NCBI GenBank assembly: GCA_047495785.1
Contig: JBLDXI010000042.1
Coordinates: 2,232,001 to 2,296,000 of the forward strand
Origin: Lepidodermella squamata
Taxonomy: Eukaryota; Animalia; Gastrotricha
Reading direction: 5' to 3'
Length of the DNA: 64,000 nt
The position numbers and the translations under genes are program-made. Within the stretch, counting starts at the first letter, position 1. Every line of letters starts with the position of its first letter. The notes below the pieces were generated by a model, which had not been told where the DNA came from, ran no database searches, and was given only the letters and a program-made list of their open reading frames with translations. Below, piece by piece: positions 50,541-63,995 of this stretch.

Positions 50541-51518
50541 ATGAGTTTACCTTTAGTTGCTTCGATTCTTGGTGGAGTTGCATTGTTGTTCGCAATTTCA
50601 ATTCATAAGATCGAAGAAGGTCATGTTGGCGTGTATTATCGAGGAGGAGCTCTTTTAAAGAGCACAAGCAGCCCTGGATTCCATTTTATGATACCATTTA
50701 TCACATCTTATAAGGCTGTTCAGACAACTCTTCAAACTGACGAGGTGAAGAACGTACCTTGTGGTACTAGCGGAGGTGTCATGATTTATTTCGACCGGAT
50801 TGAAGTCGTTAATATTTTAGCCCCTGGTGCCGTATTTGACATTGTCAAAAATTATACTGCAGACTATGACAAAACATTGATTTTCAACAAAGTTCACCAT
50901 GAGCTGAATCAATTTTGCAGTGTTCATTCTCTGCAAGAAGTTTACATTGCCCTGTTCGATCAAATTGATGAGAATTTGAAAAAAGCACTGCAGGCTGATT
51001 TGACGCAGATGGCTCCCGGTTTGTATGTTCAAGCTGTCCGTGTGACGAAGCCAAAGATTCCCGAACAAATTCGCCGCAACTACGAGCTGATGGAAGGCGA
51101 GAAAACCAAATGGCTAATCGCCACTGAGCATCAGCGCGTTGTCGAAAAAGAAGCTGAGACCGAGCGTAAGAAGGCTGTGATTGAAGCTGAGAAAGTTGCT
51201 CAAGTTGCTAAAATTCAATGGGAGCAAAAGGTCATGGAAAAAGAGTCCGAAAAGCGAATTGCTCAAATCGAAGATGAAACTCTCATTGCTCGTGAGAAAG
51301 CCAAAGCCGATGCTGAGCTTTATCGCGCTCAACGTGAATCTGAGTCCAATGTCAGATTAACTCCCGAGTACCTAGAGCTGATGCGCATTCAAGCTATTGC
51401 TGCGAATAACAAGATTTATTTTGGAAATTCTATTCCCAGCATGTTTTTCAACGGCGCGTTCGACTCTCTTCCCTCTCGTTCAGAATCGACACCTTCAGCT
51501 GCGAAGGCTAAAAACTAA
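50541..51518 (+). CDS. ERLIN: Erlin (SPFH-domain ER lipid-raft protein), intronless
   Basis: [45 protein letters not shown] and [10 protein letters not shown] are characteristic erlin motifs. Confidence 0.97.
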   Translation: MSLPLVASILGGVALLFAISIHKIEEGHVGVYYRGGALLKSTSSPGFHFMIPFITSYKAVQTTLQTDEVKNVPCGTSGGVMIYFDRIEVVNILAPGAVFDIVKNYTADYDKTLIFNKVHHELNQFCSVHSLQEVYIALFDQIDENLKKALQADLTQMAPGLYVQAVRVTKPKIPEQIRRNYELMEGEKTKWLIATEHQRVVEKEAETERKKAVIEAEKVAQVAKIQWEQKVMEKESEKRIAQIEDETLIAREKAKADAELYRAQRESESNVRLTPEYLELMRIQAIAANNKIYFGNSIPSMFFNGAFDSLPSRSESTPSAAKAKN

Positions 51519-51653
51519 GATGCATATAACGCACTAGCTCGATTATCCAAGTGATGTCTAAATAATTCTATTCATGCATGTTTAATTGATTGATTTTGAG
51601 ATTGTCTTCAACAACATTTCTAATATTTTGCCATGCATTCCGTTTTAGACATT

Positions 51654-54600
51654 ATGTTTCGGAGTATTCGAATAACCAAACGCTATCTTTCGTCTTCGTC
51701 GGCTGATAATGAAATAACTAAAAACTGGCGGCAGTTCATCGGAATATCCAATGGCGCGAAGAGTACGAGAAAAGTTCTCGTTCCGGTGAATTACATTCCT
51801 GCCAATTCTCAAACACCTAGCCCACAAGTTATCGCTGATCTAAAATGGCTCATACAGAAAATCAAACTGAAGCAAGACATATTTCTCATTGGTCCGCCGA
51901 GCCGATATAGGAGCCAACTGGTACTTATGATGCTTGAACTGCTCGACCTCGAGTACGAATACATAATGCTTAACCGTGATACCAGTGAATCAGATTTGAA
52001 ACAGCGAAAAGAGCTGCTAACTTCAGCGATGTCTTCAGTCTACGTTGACCAATGCGTAGTTCGAGCCGCTGCAAATGGTCGCGTTTTGATTCTTGATGGC
52101 GCTGAGAAAGCAGAAAGAAACTTGCTGCCAATTATCAATAATTTAGTTGAAAATCGAGAAATGCAACTGGAAGATGGAAGATTCATGCTACCGCAAGATA
52201 GATACTCTAAACTTGTAAAAGACGGGGACTCGAAGATAGCGCTTGTTCCTGTTCACGGAGATTTCCGAGTTGTTTGTATCGGCCTACCCACCCCTCCTTT
52301 TAAAGGCCACAGCCTAGATCCGCCTTTCCGATCTCGTTTTCAGGCGAGAAAAATTTCCCATTGGCCTCTGCGAGACCAATTCTTGATCGCAGGTGCTAAT
52401 TCACCTTCAGCGGACCAACATCGATTAGCTAATTGGATATCGTTCGCAAACGCAATGGCTTCAGAGGAAATTCAGCGAAAGTCGTCTCAGTTGGAAACGA
52501 CTAGTGGAGCAGCTAAACCTGGCCGTGTCGATGATACTACGCCAAAAAAGTCTCTCCTCACTGGACCCCCGCCTTATTTTCCTGTTGACTCATCATTGAT
52601 TGCCTCAAAATTGCTAAGTAACTTCCCAGAGGTTGGGTAATTTCGCTGAAATTGAATCTCATCTAGCCAATGTATTTTCAGCTATCTGGTCCTGAGTTGA
52701 TCGAATTCGTGTATCCTACTCAGCTGTTAGAAGCTATGACTCCCGGTTGCGCTGACTTGGTGAAACAATTATCAGACAAATTTGAGCTGTGGGAGAAGCG
52801 GGCAACCTCAACTGTCGATGTTTCATACGAGATCGTTCGCGCCGAAAATTCTGCCGAAGTTAGGTTATCGCCAACTCAGCGATTTGAAGTCCCGTTTGGT
52901 AACGGAAAATTCGAGACAGTCTCGAGCGACTTTGTCGAAACCCCCGGGTCGAAGAAAACCCTGTTTCAAATGTTACTGGCGCATTCTGTCGGCGATTTCT
53001 GCCTGGTTGGTGCGCGAGGCTCTGGAAAAACGGCTACTATCACGCAGTTCGCGAGGCTTTTAGGCTATAGCGAAAATTTGACCACAGTTATGTTGTATCA
53101 GGACATGACTGGCAGAGATTTGCTTCAGCAGCGCGTTTCCCGTTCAGATGGATCGACGGGCTGGGAGTATTCCCCAATCATTCGAGCCGCGATTAACGGA
53201 GATCTTCTCGTATTGGACGGAATTCACGTGCTGAGTCCATCCACCTTGATGGTTTTGAAACGTTTGGTTGAAGATCGGGAGATCATCCTACCCGATGGCA
53301 GCCGCGGTTTAAGGCATGATCGCTACAATCTATTGAAAGCCTCGCAGAAGATGAGTGATGAGGAAATGAAAAAATCTGGTATTTTCCGTATTCATCCCAA
53401 TTTTCGAATGATCGGCGTCGGTGAGCCGCCAACTGCTTCGAAAAATGTGTCGAGTGCTACCCAGAAAAAGGGCTCAAGTGCTGGCGCCACTGCGAAGTCG
53501 TCCGCGCCCGGGCCTTGGCTGACCCCTGATATCAATGGGATGTTCCTTTTCGTCTCATTGCCTCAGCCTAGTGCTGAAGAAGAGGTGCTAATTCTCGAAA
53601 AATTGCGCCCTAAAATGGGCGATACCGTCAAAAAATTAGTCGGTCTATCGGGCAAAGATGTCGGTTTGTTGAGTTTGAGGCAAAAATTGCGAATTTTGAG
53701 CCTTCTCGAAGCTTACCCGCAACAATCTTTGTACGATGCCGTCACATCAGCCGCCCTTCATCGATTCATGTCTATGCCAGCGAGAACCGCGTTGAGCGAC
53801 TTACTGGCGAATTCGGGTATTAAACCGGTTGATAACACGAAATATGACGCGAAAATAACGATATCTGGCAATAAATTGACTATCGGCGATGTTACGACTC
53901 AAATCTACTCAAAATCCGAGGTCGAAGGCCATTCGACTGTTGATAACGTCGATGAAGCTATGCGAATCCCATCAGTGCTATTCTACGATAATAATCGGCA
54001 ATTGAGTTCAATGGCTTCGATGTTGAAAGCCTTGATAAGCGGCGAGCATTTGTTGGTTATTGGAAATCAGGGTGTTGGCAAAAATCGAATTGTTGATCGA
54101 TTACTAGAGTTGTGGCAACGACCTCGCCACTACGCTCAGTTACATCGAGATTCAACTGTCCAGTCGCTAACTGTCACGCCCTCGGTCACGGGCGGTAGGT
54201 TGCATTTTGAAGATTCGCCCCTGGTTAAGGCGGTGAAATCCGGCCATATTTTGGTGCTAGACGAGGCTGATAAGGCGCCGGTTCACGTCACCCGAGTTTT
54301 GAAGGGCCTCGTCGAATCAGGCCACATGTTGCTGCCTGATGGTCGCCGCATTTCTAGAACCGGCCACGGGCCTGATGTCATCCCGCTCCACCCTGAATTT
54401 CGGCTGATCGTCTTAGCTAACCCGCCAGGCTACCCATTCATGGGCAACAATTTCTTCGCATCGCTCGGTGATTTATTTTCGTGCCACATCGTTGATAATC
54501 CGGATTTTGAATCCGAACTTGAATTGGTGAAAAATTATGCGGGTAAACATTTTGACCTGGATTTATTAAGGCGGCTGACGGCTAGTTTTGCCGAGTTGCG

Positions 54601-57600
54601 GCTGAAGGCGAATGAAGGCCTGTTACCTTATCCGTACTCAACTCGAGAGTTGATCAATGTTGTGAAACATTTAGCAGCCTTTCCCGATGATTCCGTAAAT
54701 AACGCGTTGAGAAACGTTTTCGACTTTGATTCTTGGAACGAATCCGCGCTAGACGCCGCGACTACTGCCTTCGGTAAATATGGCATTAAAATCGAACGAG
54801 TTGATAAAAAGGAAGTTCAACAAAGAATCGCGAGGTTGATTGAACTACCTAAACCAGTCAGTTTTGGTAAATTGACCGCGAAATTCGACTCTATGCCAAA
54901 TATTGAGCTAGTCGCCTCGCAAACACTCAATTTTGACGGTCCGAAAAAGGTTGAAACGCATAGAATTGCCGTGGATCAATTCGATGGTCGGCTGTCGAAT
55001 TTCACGGAATTAACGCGGAGTTTTTCGCTTGATTTGCCCGACCATTGCACGGTCCAGGAAGCGACTCTAACCCACGAAAAATTAATCGGGGCAGATATGA
55101 TTCATATCTACACGGTAAACCCGGCTTTGTTAATTTCTTTCCCGTTGCGGTATGACACGAGAAACGGGTCGATGATAATGCTAGATCGGTTGTTGCATTC
55201 GCCGTTTTTGAAGTTGTACCCGTTTGAGGAGAGCCCGGCTGAAGCCAGTTCGAATTTGCTGCTTTTCGACGCGAGAAGCGGTTTCGCATCCACCTTAAAC
55301 ACCCAAACTGGGACGATGTTCACATTCGAACAGTCGTTTTCACCCCTGCAGAAGGTGGACGATAAGGCGGCGTGGCGGAGTGCGAAATTCCTCCCGTCAA
55401 ACTTGGCCGCCGAGCGACCGTACGCGATTTCTTACCGAATTGGCGACGATTTGGTTTCAGTTATCGATTTCGTAACTGGGAAAATGACGACTTTGAAGCT
55501 ACCGTTTCCGGTTAAATCGATTTCGCCCGCCTGGCAGAAAGACGCGGCGTGGCTGGTTATCGCAGATTCTGATGCTGAAATAACAGCGGCCCAGCTTAAT
55601 TTATCGACATCGCCTGATACGCCGTTAACCGCTTCGCTTCAAATTTTCAAGAGCCCGGCTCAAATAAGGGACCTATTGTCGCATTCAAGCGGTACAGTCC
55701 CCCTTAATCAACACCAAAGGGCGCTGCTGCCTGAGAGTAATAGTAATATATCAACCAATTACTACTCGATATTATCGAATAGGAACAAGGATGGCTCTGA
55801 AATTGAGATTTTGGGTGTTGAAAGAGATCGTTCTTTGTACAAGAATTTGAGTAGTGACCAACCGCTTGATAAGGTTGACAAGGAAATTCGTGACTTTTTA
55901 TCCGGCGATCCGGCTAATATTGAAGTGAATGACACGGTCTACCTTAATTCTCACTCGCTGATGGTTTCATCGCTGAGTAGCACTCGTCGCAATTCTATCG
56001 GAGCGTCGAGATTTCTCCCGCTAGCTTCGACTTCAAATCTCGACTCTGTAATTGAAATTGTTCACGTTCCGACTACGAATAATGAAAACGATAAGGCGAC
56101 GATTTCGCATCTTGCGATTGAAAATTCGTCGGCACTAAAATCTCGAGTTGCTCGGTTGTTACCTCTTGCGAATCAGGATATCGTGTCTGTATTAGCCAAC
56201 GGTCAAATTCGAGTTTGGGAGGTTGTTCAAGGTCGAATTCAGCAATCGCTAACCGCGTGGCAGCACCGTTTAGGCCTTCGTGATTCAAATTCAGCGGATA
56301 AAATTGAGATGACAATTTCTCAGCTGTTGAAGCAGAAAGCGCAGGAACGTTTAAATGCCCCGAATCCCGACTTTGCCGGACCGAAACACGGCAAAATCGA
56401 CCCGAATAACGACCCGCATGTTGGGGGTAATCAATGGGCGGGAGGAAGCGGTAAGCTGCTGATTATGACTGAATTTTAAATGGAAATGTAATTTTTCAAA
56501 ATTTAAAGGTGGACGGGATACTGCTGGAATGGGTGGAGCCGGCGGTCCTTACAGGCTAGACTCGGGTAACCCGATCACCCAGGTCCCAGACTGGGTCAAG
56601 GACCAAGTTCCTGAGCACATCAAGAAAGCAGCTCGAGAGGTCGCCCAACGCACGTATGCCGAGCGGCTGAAACAAATCAAAATGTCTCGATTCGACGCGG
56701 ATTTATACGAAAGATTCGCGTCGAAAGTGAAGCGAGAAGTGGCGTTGCTACGCAATATCATCGAATCGTTGCCTTCGACGAAAAACGAGCGAATTTGGTT
56801 GAAAAATCAATCGGATGGTGATTTGGATGAAAATCGCCTGATTGAAGGCCTCACCGGTGAGAAATCGGTCTATAAGCGTCGCGTTGAGCCGCAAAACGAG
56901 GAAGACCGCGACATGTCCGAGGACAAACCGCGCCTTCTCAGCCTTGTTGTCGACGTTTCGGGCAGTATGGCGCGGTTCAATTCGGTTGATCTGCGTCTCG
57001 AGCGCGAAGCCGCGGCCACCTTAATGGTTATGGAGGCGCTGGCGAGTCAGTCGGAGAAGCGGGTGGTCTATGAAATTTACGGCCATTCTGGTGATACCGA
57101 TTCGTTGGAATTCTGCCGAACTGATGGCCCACCGGCCAATGCGAAGGAGCGGCTTGATCTTCTTCAAACTATGCAAGCTCATACGATGTAAGTGCTCGCC
57201 TGTCAAGTTGATTTGATAAAATGGATCTAAATATTCGCACCATTAAAATGTGGGTTAAATTTAAGAATTCTAGCACTACTTTTCCGATTTTTTTTCGATG
57301 ATGATATAGAACCCTATAACCCTCTGCTTTATTTTAGCAACCTGGTACCCAAAGTATGTAAGGAAATTTGTTGGCTCCCTAGACTGCTGATATCGGAAAA
57401 ATCACTAATTTGTAAAATCGATACTTCGAATCGATATCGGCTCCGCAGAATGAAAGCATATCTCGTGAACTGACCGGGGATAGCGCAAAATATTCGGAAT
57501 AGTGAGGTCTATCCGTTAGGCAACCGGGACTTTAAACTCTAAAACCTATATTTTGGGGAATTTTAGGTCTGAAGCCTCAAGTTTAGCGTTGGAACCTTAT

Positions 57601-58042
57601 TTTTTGAGTTGCGCTATTGATATCATTTATATTTTTATATAGGTTTTGTTCATCGGGTGATTCGACCCTCAACGCTATAAAACAAGCCGTTGACCGAATT
57701 AAACGCCGCCATGCTGATACAACCTCGGAGAAATTTATTGTTCTGCTGAGCGACGCTAATTTGTCTCGATACGGCATTTCGCCTTCGAAACTAGCCGAAA
57801 CAATGACCCCAGCCGATTTACCGGCCGATACCAAAATTTTTGCGGTTATGATTGGATCGCTAGGTCATCAAGCTGAAAGGTATTTTATTTCGTTTAATCG
57901 TTTATTTTTTTTATTAATATTCGATTTTTTCAGCTTGGTCGAAGCTTTACCAGCTGGGCAGGGATTTGTTTGTTTAGAAACCTCCCAGCTTCCTCAAATT
58001 CTTCAGCAAATTCTCAGCACTACCCTATTAGCACAGGATTAA
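51654..58042 (+). CDS. VWA8: VWA8 mitochondrial AAA+ ATPase with vWA domain. Exons 51654 (or 51633)-52631, 52682-56450, 56509-57187, 57643-57879, 57934-58042
   Basis: QDIFLIGPP, RDTSESDLKQR, Walker A GARGSGKT and GNQGVGKN, PKHGK.DP.N.PHVGGNQWAGG|GGRDTAGMGG.GGPYRLD, MIDAS DVSGSM and SGD.T, LSDANL.RYGI. Confidence 0.96.
57237..57612. mobile_element. MITE family 2 copy (VWA8 intron 3)
   Basis: gcaccattaaaatg start, tttattttagcaacctgg, the atcggaaaaatcac...aatcgatatc core and ttggaacc end all match 31835-32290. Confidence 0.72.
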
Positions 58043-58152
58043 CTCAAGGCTTTCCTTGTTAAAAATTCGAATTTATTTTATCTTTCGATATAAATCGCTG
58101 ACGTGATTATCAAATTCATTTCTGTGAAGTAGGTTTTAATAGTAACATTGGC

Positions 58153-58926
58153 ATGCTGGCCGCTGCCATTTTGAACCGGCCGCAAATTTTCTCGGCCGCG
58201 CTTCGTTCGGCGTCCCGATCCGCCGGCCAACAGCAGCTGGTTCCCAAACGTTGCTTGACCTCCGTTCAAGCCAAACCAGTTGTCTACGTTTGCGGGCGCA
58301 ATGCGAGTGTAGTGCTGCCCAATGGTCGTGGCGTCCTCCTCATGACTGCCCGCGCCTCTCACGGCCATGGCATGGTGATTAAGGCGGGTCGCTACGAGTG
58401 GGACAAGTTCAAGGACTACGCGTTGTACTATTTCTGCTTGGGCCTCATCCCGGTCGGTCTGCTGGTCACTTACGTGAATATCTTCGTTGGCCCGGCTGAA
58501 CTGGCTGAAATTCCAGAGGGCTACCAGCCCCAAGACTACGAGTATGAAAAGGTAAATTTTTCTTTTTTTTTAAGTTTCAAATTGTTTAAATTCATAATTT
58601 AGCATCCGATCACTCGTTTCTTGGCGAAAAATGTCTTTGTAAGCCCGCAGCGAAACTATGAAAAAATGATGCACTACTGGTGGGAGGAGTCTGAAAAGCA
58701 ACGTTTCAGGTTTGATAAACTTTGTTTGAATTTGCGTTAAGTTTGATTTTTGCGATATTTTTTAAGGCTGCTTCGCCGTAAGGTCAACGAAGCCATGGCT
58801 CTGAATGAGGACTACAAATCGTGGTACTACGTACCGGCCGATACCGGCGCCTTGTCACGCAGCCGTGAAGCCAGCGAGCACTATTACGAGAACTTGGGCC
58901 AGAACATCACCGGGGCCAAGAAATAG
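58153..58926 (+). CDS. NDUFB5: NADH:ubiquinone oxidoreductase subunit B5 (SGDH). Exons 58153-58551, 58603-58709, 58767-58926
   Basis: Mitochondrial presequence, then KFKD....YFCLGLIP...NIFVGPAELAEIPEGYQP..YEYEK|HPITRFLAK and DYKSWYY. AATAAA at about 58954. Confidence 0.93.
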
Positions 58927-59721
58927 TAATAACGTAGATAATTCACTGCCCGTAATAAATAATCATAACAACCTCGTGATGATTGTATTGTAAAAACTGC
59001 GCCCTGCTAGAAGAATAAAGCCACCTCCTTTCATCCCGAAAGTTGTTTTTACTTCAGGTGTAAACACTGCTGAAACACCAATAAAAACGCCGATCGATTT
59101 CGAGAAATACGCTTGACTTTTATTATAATATTTTTCATATTCTTTCATATCGAAAATCCTGTAAAATCATCAACAATAAGAAGTGTAAATTCATGGAGCA
59201 AATAAGCTTGTGCGAGTGAGATAATGCTAGCGAATATTATTATTGGTCCGCCATTTCAGTATGTCACCTCAACCTCGAAGAAAAAGCCGTTTTAATGACA
59301 TGAATTGTAAAAAAAAGACGCGCGTCATGATTCATTGAAATGACAATTTTTATGCAAAATGTAAATTAGCTTCATTCACAACAACTGCGAGTAGATATAA
59401 ACAAGGAGAGATAAAAGCAGAGAAGCCAATAACAAAAACAAAACGAGAGAAAATTAAAGCTCGTTAAAATAGCGTTTGATCATTTCATCACACAACCAAA
59501 CTCAAATATCGCCAAGCAACTAACAACAGCAATAACAACGAAAATTATCCACTTTTTCTCCGTTATCAAAGCACCAGCGATTTTTTAGTGAAAAATGTAC
59601 AATTTTGCGCAATGACGCCAGATCATAAATATTTTTTCTTATATCAACTATTAGAGGAACAAAGCAGCAGTTCCCGCGAGAAATAAACCTAATTTTACGA
59701 AAAATTATTTAAGGAGGATTT

Positions 59722-62700
59722 TTACACCCACGAATCAGGTGCATTTGAATTGAGCGCTAGCATGAAAAGTTCTCTGTTCGCCGAAATCGGCCTCGACGAC
59801 CCTGTTTGTTGCTGCTCACCCGGCATTTCAACATCGACAGCGCGCTCATTCAACCCGACATTTTCACCGCCATCAGCCGAATATTCCTGCTGCTCGTCTT
59901 CGTCAACCATCAGGCCAGGGCCAAGCTGCGAGAGCGCAAACATTTCATCCTCGTTCTCATCGCCATTCTCAGCAACCACTTCACTGCTGTACTGATGATG
60001 ATCAGGCCTCATCGCACTTATGTTGACATAGTCGTGTTGTTGCTGCGCGTTGTCCTGACGTTGCACTGTTGACTCGGTTGTGTAGCTGCTGCTGCCCGCG
60101 ATCGACGACCCGTTTTCCGCCGGCGCTAGATTAAGATGGCTGGATGCGATCGCCACCAGGCTTCCGGTCACGTTACTACCGCCACCCGCCTGGTTCGCGG
60201 CAACCCACGACGAAGACGACGAGCCGCGACGTGTCTCTATCCTAGCCGCCGCGTCGTTTGTAGTCTGGCCGCTGCTGATGAGCCGCTCCTCAACCACCAT
60301 ATTATCAAGTTGGCTATTCGCCTGGCTTAGCATCACGGCGCCGTTGTCATAGGCGTAGACCCCACCACCGCCGCTATTGTTAAGGTGGCGTTCTTGCATT
60401 TCGACGGCAGTCGTGCCGTAGGTGGTATTAGGGTACATGTAGGTCTGCGATGCGAACTGCAGGCCGCTGTCGCTAACTGGCGTCATCAGCATGGTTGAGT
60501 TGCGTTGCTGAGTTGGATACGATGGGAAGAAGGCGGCACGGTCTATTCCGAGCCGGGCATAGGCTGGCCGCAACTCCTGGTGTTGCCAAAGTGTCGCAAG
60601 CACCTGAAAAAGAAAAAAAAGCTCAACTTAAGAAAATCGAAAAAATCAGAGATAATTCGGATAAATCGAATTAAGTTAGAAAATAGCTGAAATCAATATT
60701 CCCCTGCTAAAAAATCGTTTCAATGTTGAATTACTGCAGTTTGTCTCAAATCCGGAGAAGTTCTGTCTAACCAGGTAAAATAACGAAAAATACCGAACCC
60801 TTTACCATCGGGATTTTTCGGATTTTTTTCGGAAAATTTCAAATTTCCGTCGGTTCAACGGTGGATGAATAATGGAAAAAAGGATCCAGATAGTCGTAAC
60901 TTTAATGCATCCAATTTTGACGAAAAATTGAAAAATCCAAAAATAAATGCGCAACGCATGGGGCACAATGCAGTTGGAACTAACCTAATTTTTTGGTCAA
61001 GTAGTTATTATTAGTGAGTTTTGGTCAGGCAGTAATTGGACAGTTTTTTGGCTTTTCAAATCGAGAATCCATTCCATTATGAAATCGTCAATCTCAAATA
61101 TATCAGTAAAATTAGGGTAAAATCGAAAAAAGGAATATCTTTGAGCCTGTGGCGGAGCGGAATTCAAAACTTGGCCGCAAATGAAAAATATTTCGTAAGT
61201 AATTTTTCGATAAATTTGTAAAATCATTTTTCAAGTAATTCAGAGAATCAAAATTTTTTACATTCTTGAATTTTTGATGAGTCAGCAATGGATTCCCGAA
61301 AAGTTTGAAAAAAAATCATTAGGCGAATTAACTATCCAAGCAACATACCGCTGAGGCTAAGCGTTTGACTTGAGCATCGAATTGAATTTGCGGGAATCCG
61401 AAGCGTTCTGGGCGAACGAGGAAAAGCATCCTGGAGACGAGGCCGAGATCGGAAACAGCATGCAGCGCGAAGGCCGCCGGTGAAGACGGCGTCATGATTT
61501 GCTGATGGAACGCAGCCTGTTGCTGCTGCGAAAACGGCCCAATAATCACAAGAATCGCGGCTAAAATCGCGCAAATCGCCGCGTCAGACGCAAACGCGTC
61601 CGACAGCGCGGCATCGGCGGGCGTTGGCACCTTCTTAACCAGCCGGTCTAACGCCTGTTTTCCGATCAATTCTCGAATAACCAACACCCCATCGGTATCT
61701 GCGGCGCCTAAAGCGGTCGTCCCTAACGCGGCGAGGGCGGAGGCGGCAGCTCGAAGGACCCCATCTGAGGTTATAGCTAACAAATCAACAATAATTGGCA
61801 GCCCACCGTGGCGCCAAACTGCCTCTCGGGCTACATCACAACACCCTGGCTCGGCGACCAGGGACTGGAGGCTGTTCTTCATATCACGCAATTTCATTGG
61901 CATAGACGCTATGGAAACAACATTTCGAATCGTTCCGAGACCCGCCTCGAGCGTGGTCGGGTTTGAGCAATCAGCTAGTAGTGGAAGAAGGGCTTCGACT
62001 AAACTTCTCGCGCAGGGTGTGCTAATCAGCTGCTTATCGTTTTGATGCTCCAACTGCCGGCGATCGGCGCCACCTCGACCTGCGGCCATTAAGGTGGCTG
62101 TTTTATTGCTCTGCCGCGATAAACACCACTGGCTACCGACCAGGGCGCACCCTAACCCAGATCTTTGATTCTCCACGTCCGGGTCGGCTACGTTCGGGGT
62201 CGAACTCGCGCGTTTCATTTTCGCCTTTCGAGTCGCCTCAGAGCTGATAGCCGCCGTAATATTCTGCAGAAAACAAACAACATTTTCCACCGCCTTCGAC
62301 TCAGTATCTTGCTGGGTGACTGAAAACCGAACAGCCAACGTGAAATTTTCGATCAACAACCGTAATGGAGCTACCCCACTCGTCCCGTTAACTAGCGAAA
62401 CAGCATGGGCGAGTTGAGCTGTGCAGTTTCGAAGAACTCCGCTTGAATTTTTGAAATCAGTACACCACCCAGCCCAAGAATGTGACGCGTTGTAAGTCGC
62501 TTTTGTCGCGAATTGAATCGATGGCAGTAGAATAGCCCGAGATATAACATCTAGAACGCCGTCCTCAGTCAAACGGGTCACGATATCGCTGTCAACACTG
62601 ATATTCCACAAAACAGCCGTGGCCAGCTCCCGAACAGCTGTTTCTTCAGCCTCAATCGCCTGATGAGCGGCGATTACGTCTAAAAGCACGGCGAGATAGT

Positions 62701-63034
62701 TATTTTCAGGGTGGGTAATCGCCCGTCTCGCTGTTGAATCCGCCCCGCTACACAAATTTCGCAACGCCCCGAGAATCGACAGAGCGAAAATTCTCGGAAT
62801 TTGCGGGTTTCGATGATGAGTCGCGAGGAGAGCGATCAAGTGATGCGTAACGTTGAAAGAAGCCACCTCCGCCTTAACAAACGGGTCGAGGTACGTGAGG
62901 TGTTGCAGCATAACCGCGGCCTGAATTTTAACATCGAGCGGCATGGTCGGATCGGCGAGTAGATCGACAAGTTCCGACACGTGAACCGCGTCATTTTGAG
63001 GCTGGATAACTTGACTTTGGCCGGACAGCTTCAT
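59722..63034 (-). CDS. Divergent p120/delta-catenin/plakophilin-type armadillo protein. Exons about 63034-61349 and 60603-59722; 5' end uncertain
   Basis: AAVMLQHLTY, GALRNL, ELATAVLWNIS, N.SGVLRNC, SKAVENVVCFLQNI, CSNPTTLEA..G...N, GLPIIVDLL, ELIGK.A and SA|VLATLWQHQELR. C-terminal DSWV is a PDZ-binding motif as in delta-catenin. Confidence 0.85.
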
Positions 63035-63794
63035 CTGCAACTCGGCCACCGATTGGTGGTGGGCCGGCGCCGGCCAGTAAGCGGCTTGTTGGTCCAGTTT
63101 TCCGCAATAAAATTTATATAAATTATATATAACAAAAACTAAGAGAGAAATCAAGAAGAATATTATTGAAAAATCTCTTTTTTTCTGACAAAACACAAAA
63201 TATTTGCAGGTATCACAGTAAACATAAAGGCGGTATATTTTCGCTGTTTAAAAAATCGAAATTAAGGCCCATGTTTACTCCGATAATTATGTACATTTTT
63301 TGAACGAGAGAAACGAAGACTAGGCGTAGCAGAAGTGGGACTTTGGCGGGTATAGCAACGGCTTCAGAAGCCGTTCTGATAAAAATCTAAATTAGGAAAC
63401 TCGAAGGTGTGAGTTTTGTTATTTTTATTTGCTAAGAGCAGGCTAAATAAAACGAAAAGAGCGGTCGACAACAGATTGAAGAGAGCGCGAGTTGCTAATT
63501 TCCATCAAGGCCGCTAATTCAATTTCAATACTTGTACATACAGCAGTAATAGTAATAAACGGCGGGTTTCTGAAGAGTTGTGAAGGCATTGTTTTGTTTA
63601 TTTATCTCGCTCTCGTTTTCAAAATTATTAATCACCCATTCAAATATTTCACATCACAATAATGTGCGTGCGTTGCCATCATAATTGTTGTCGCGCGCGC
63701 ATATATAGAAACGCGACCTGTATATAGCCTAGATTCAGGCCAGCTAAAGGCTAGGCTATTAAATTACAAAGTGTGCTCGCATTTTGTTTGTCCT

Positions 63795-63995
63795 TCACCG
63801 ACAACACGTCGCATCGAGCTGCGTGATTTGCGGCAGCGCGAGAATAACGCGCCTGCGGTAGTTGGCGTCCGGCTCGCCGTCTTGCTGCCCACCTACAAAA
63901 TAGATCGGATTGTGCTCCAGGTACACTGTTTTCAAACTCGGCAACGCAGCTAGCACTTCAACATCGCCCCATCGGCTCACTTTGTTCGAATTAAA
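63795..63995 (-). CDS. PPP1R7: Last exon of protein phosphatase 1 regulatory subunit 7 (Sds22), partial
   Basis: tacag acceptor, then FNSNKVSRWGDVEVLAALPSLKTVYLEHNPI...NYRRRVILALPQITQLDAT (LRR cap). Confidence 0.85.
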   Translation of the reverse strand, partial: FNSNKVSRWGDVEVLAALPSLKTVYLEHNPIYFVGGQQDGEPDANYRRRVILALPQITQLDATCCR

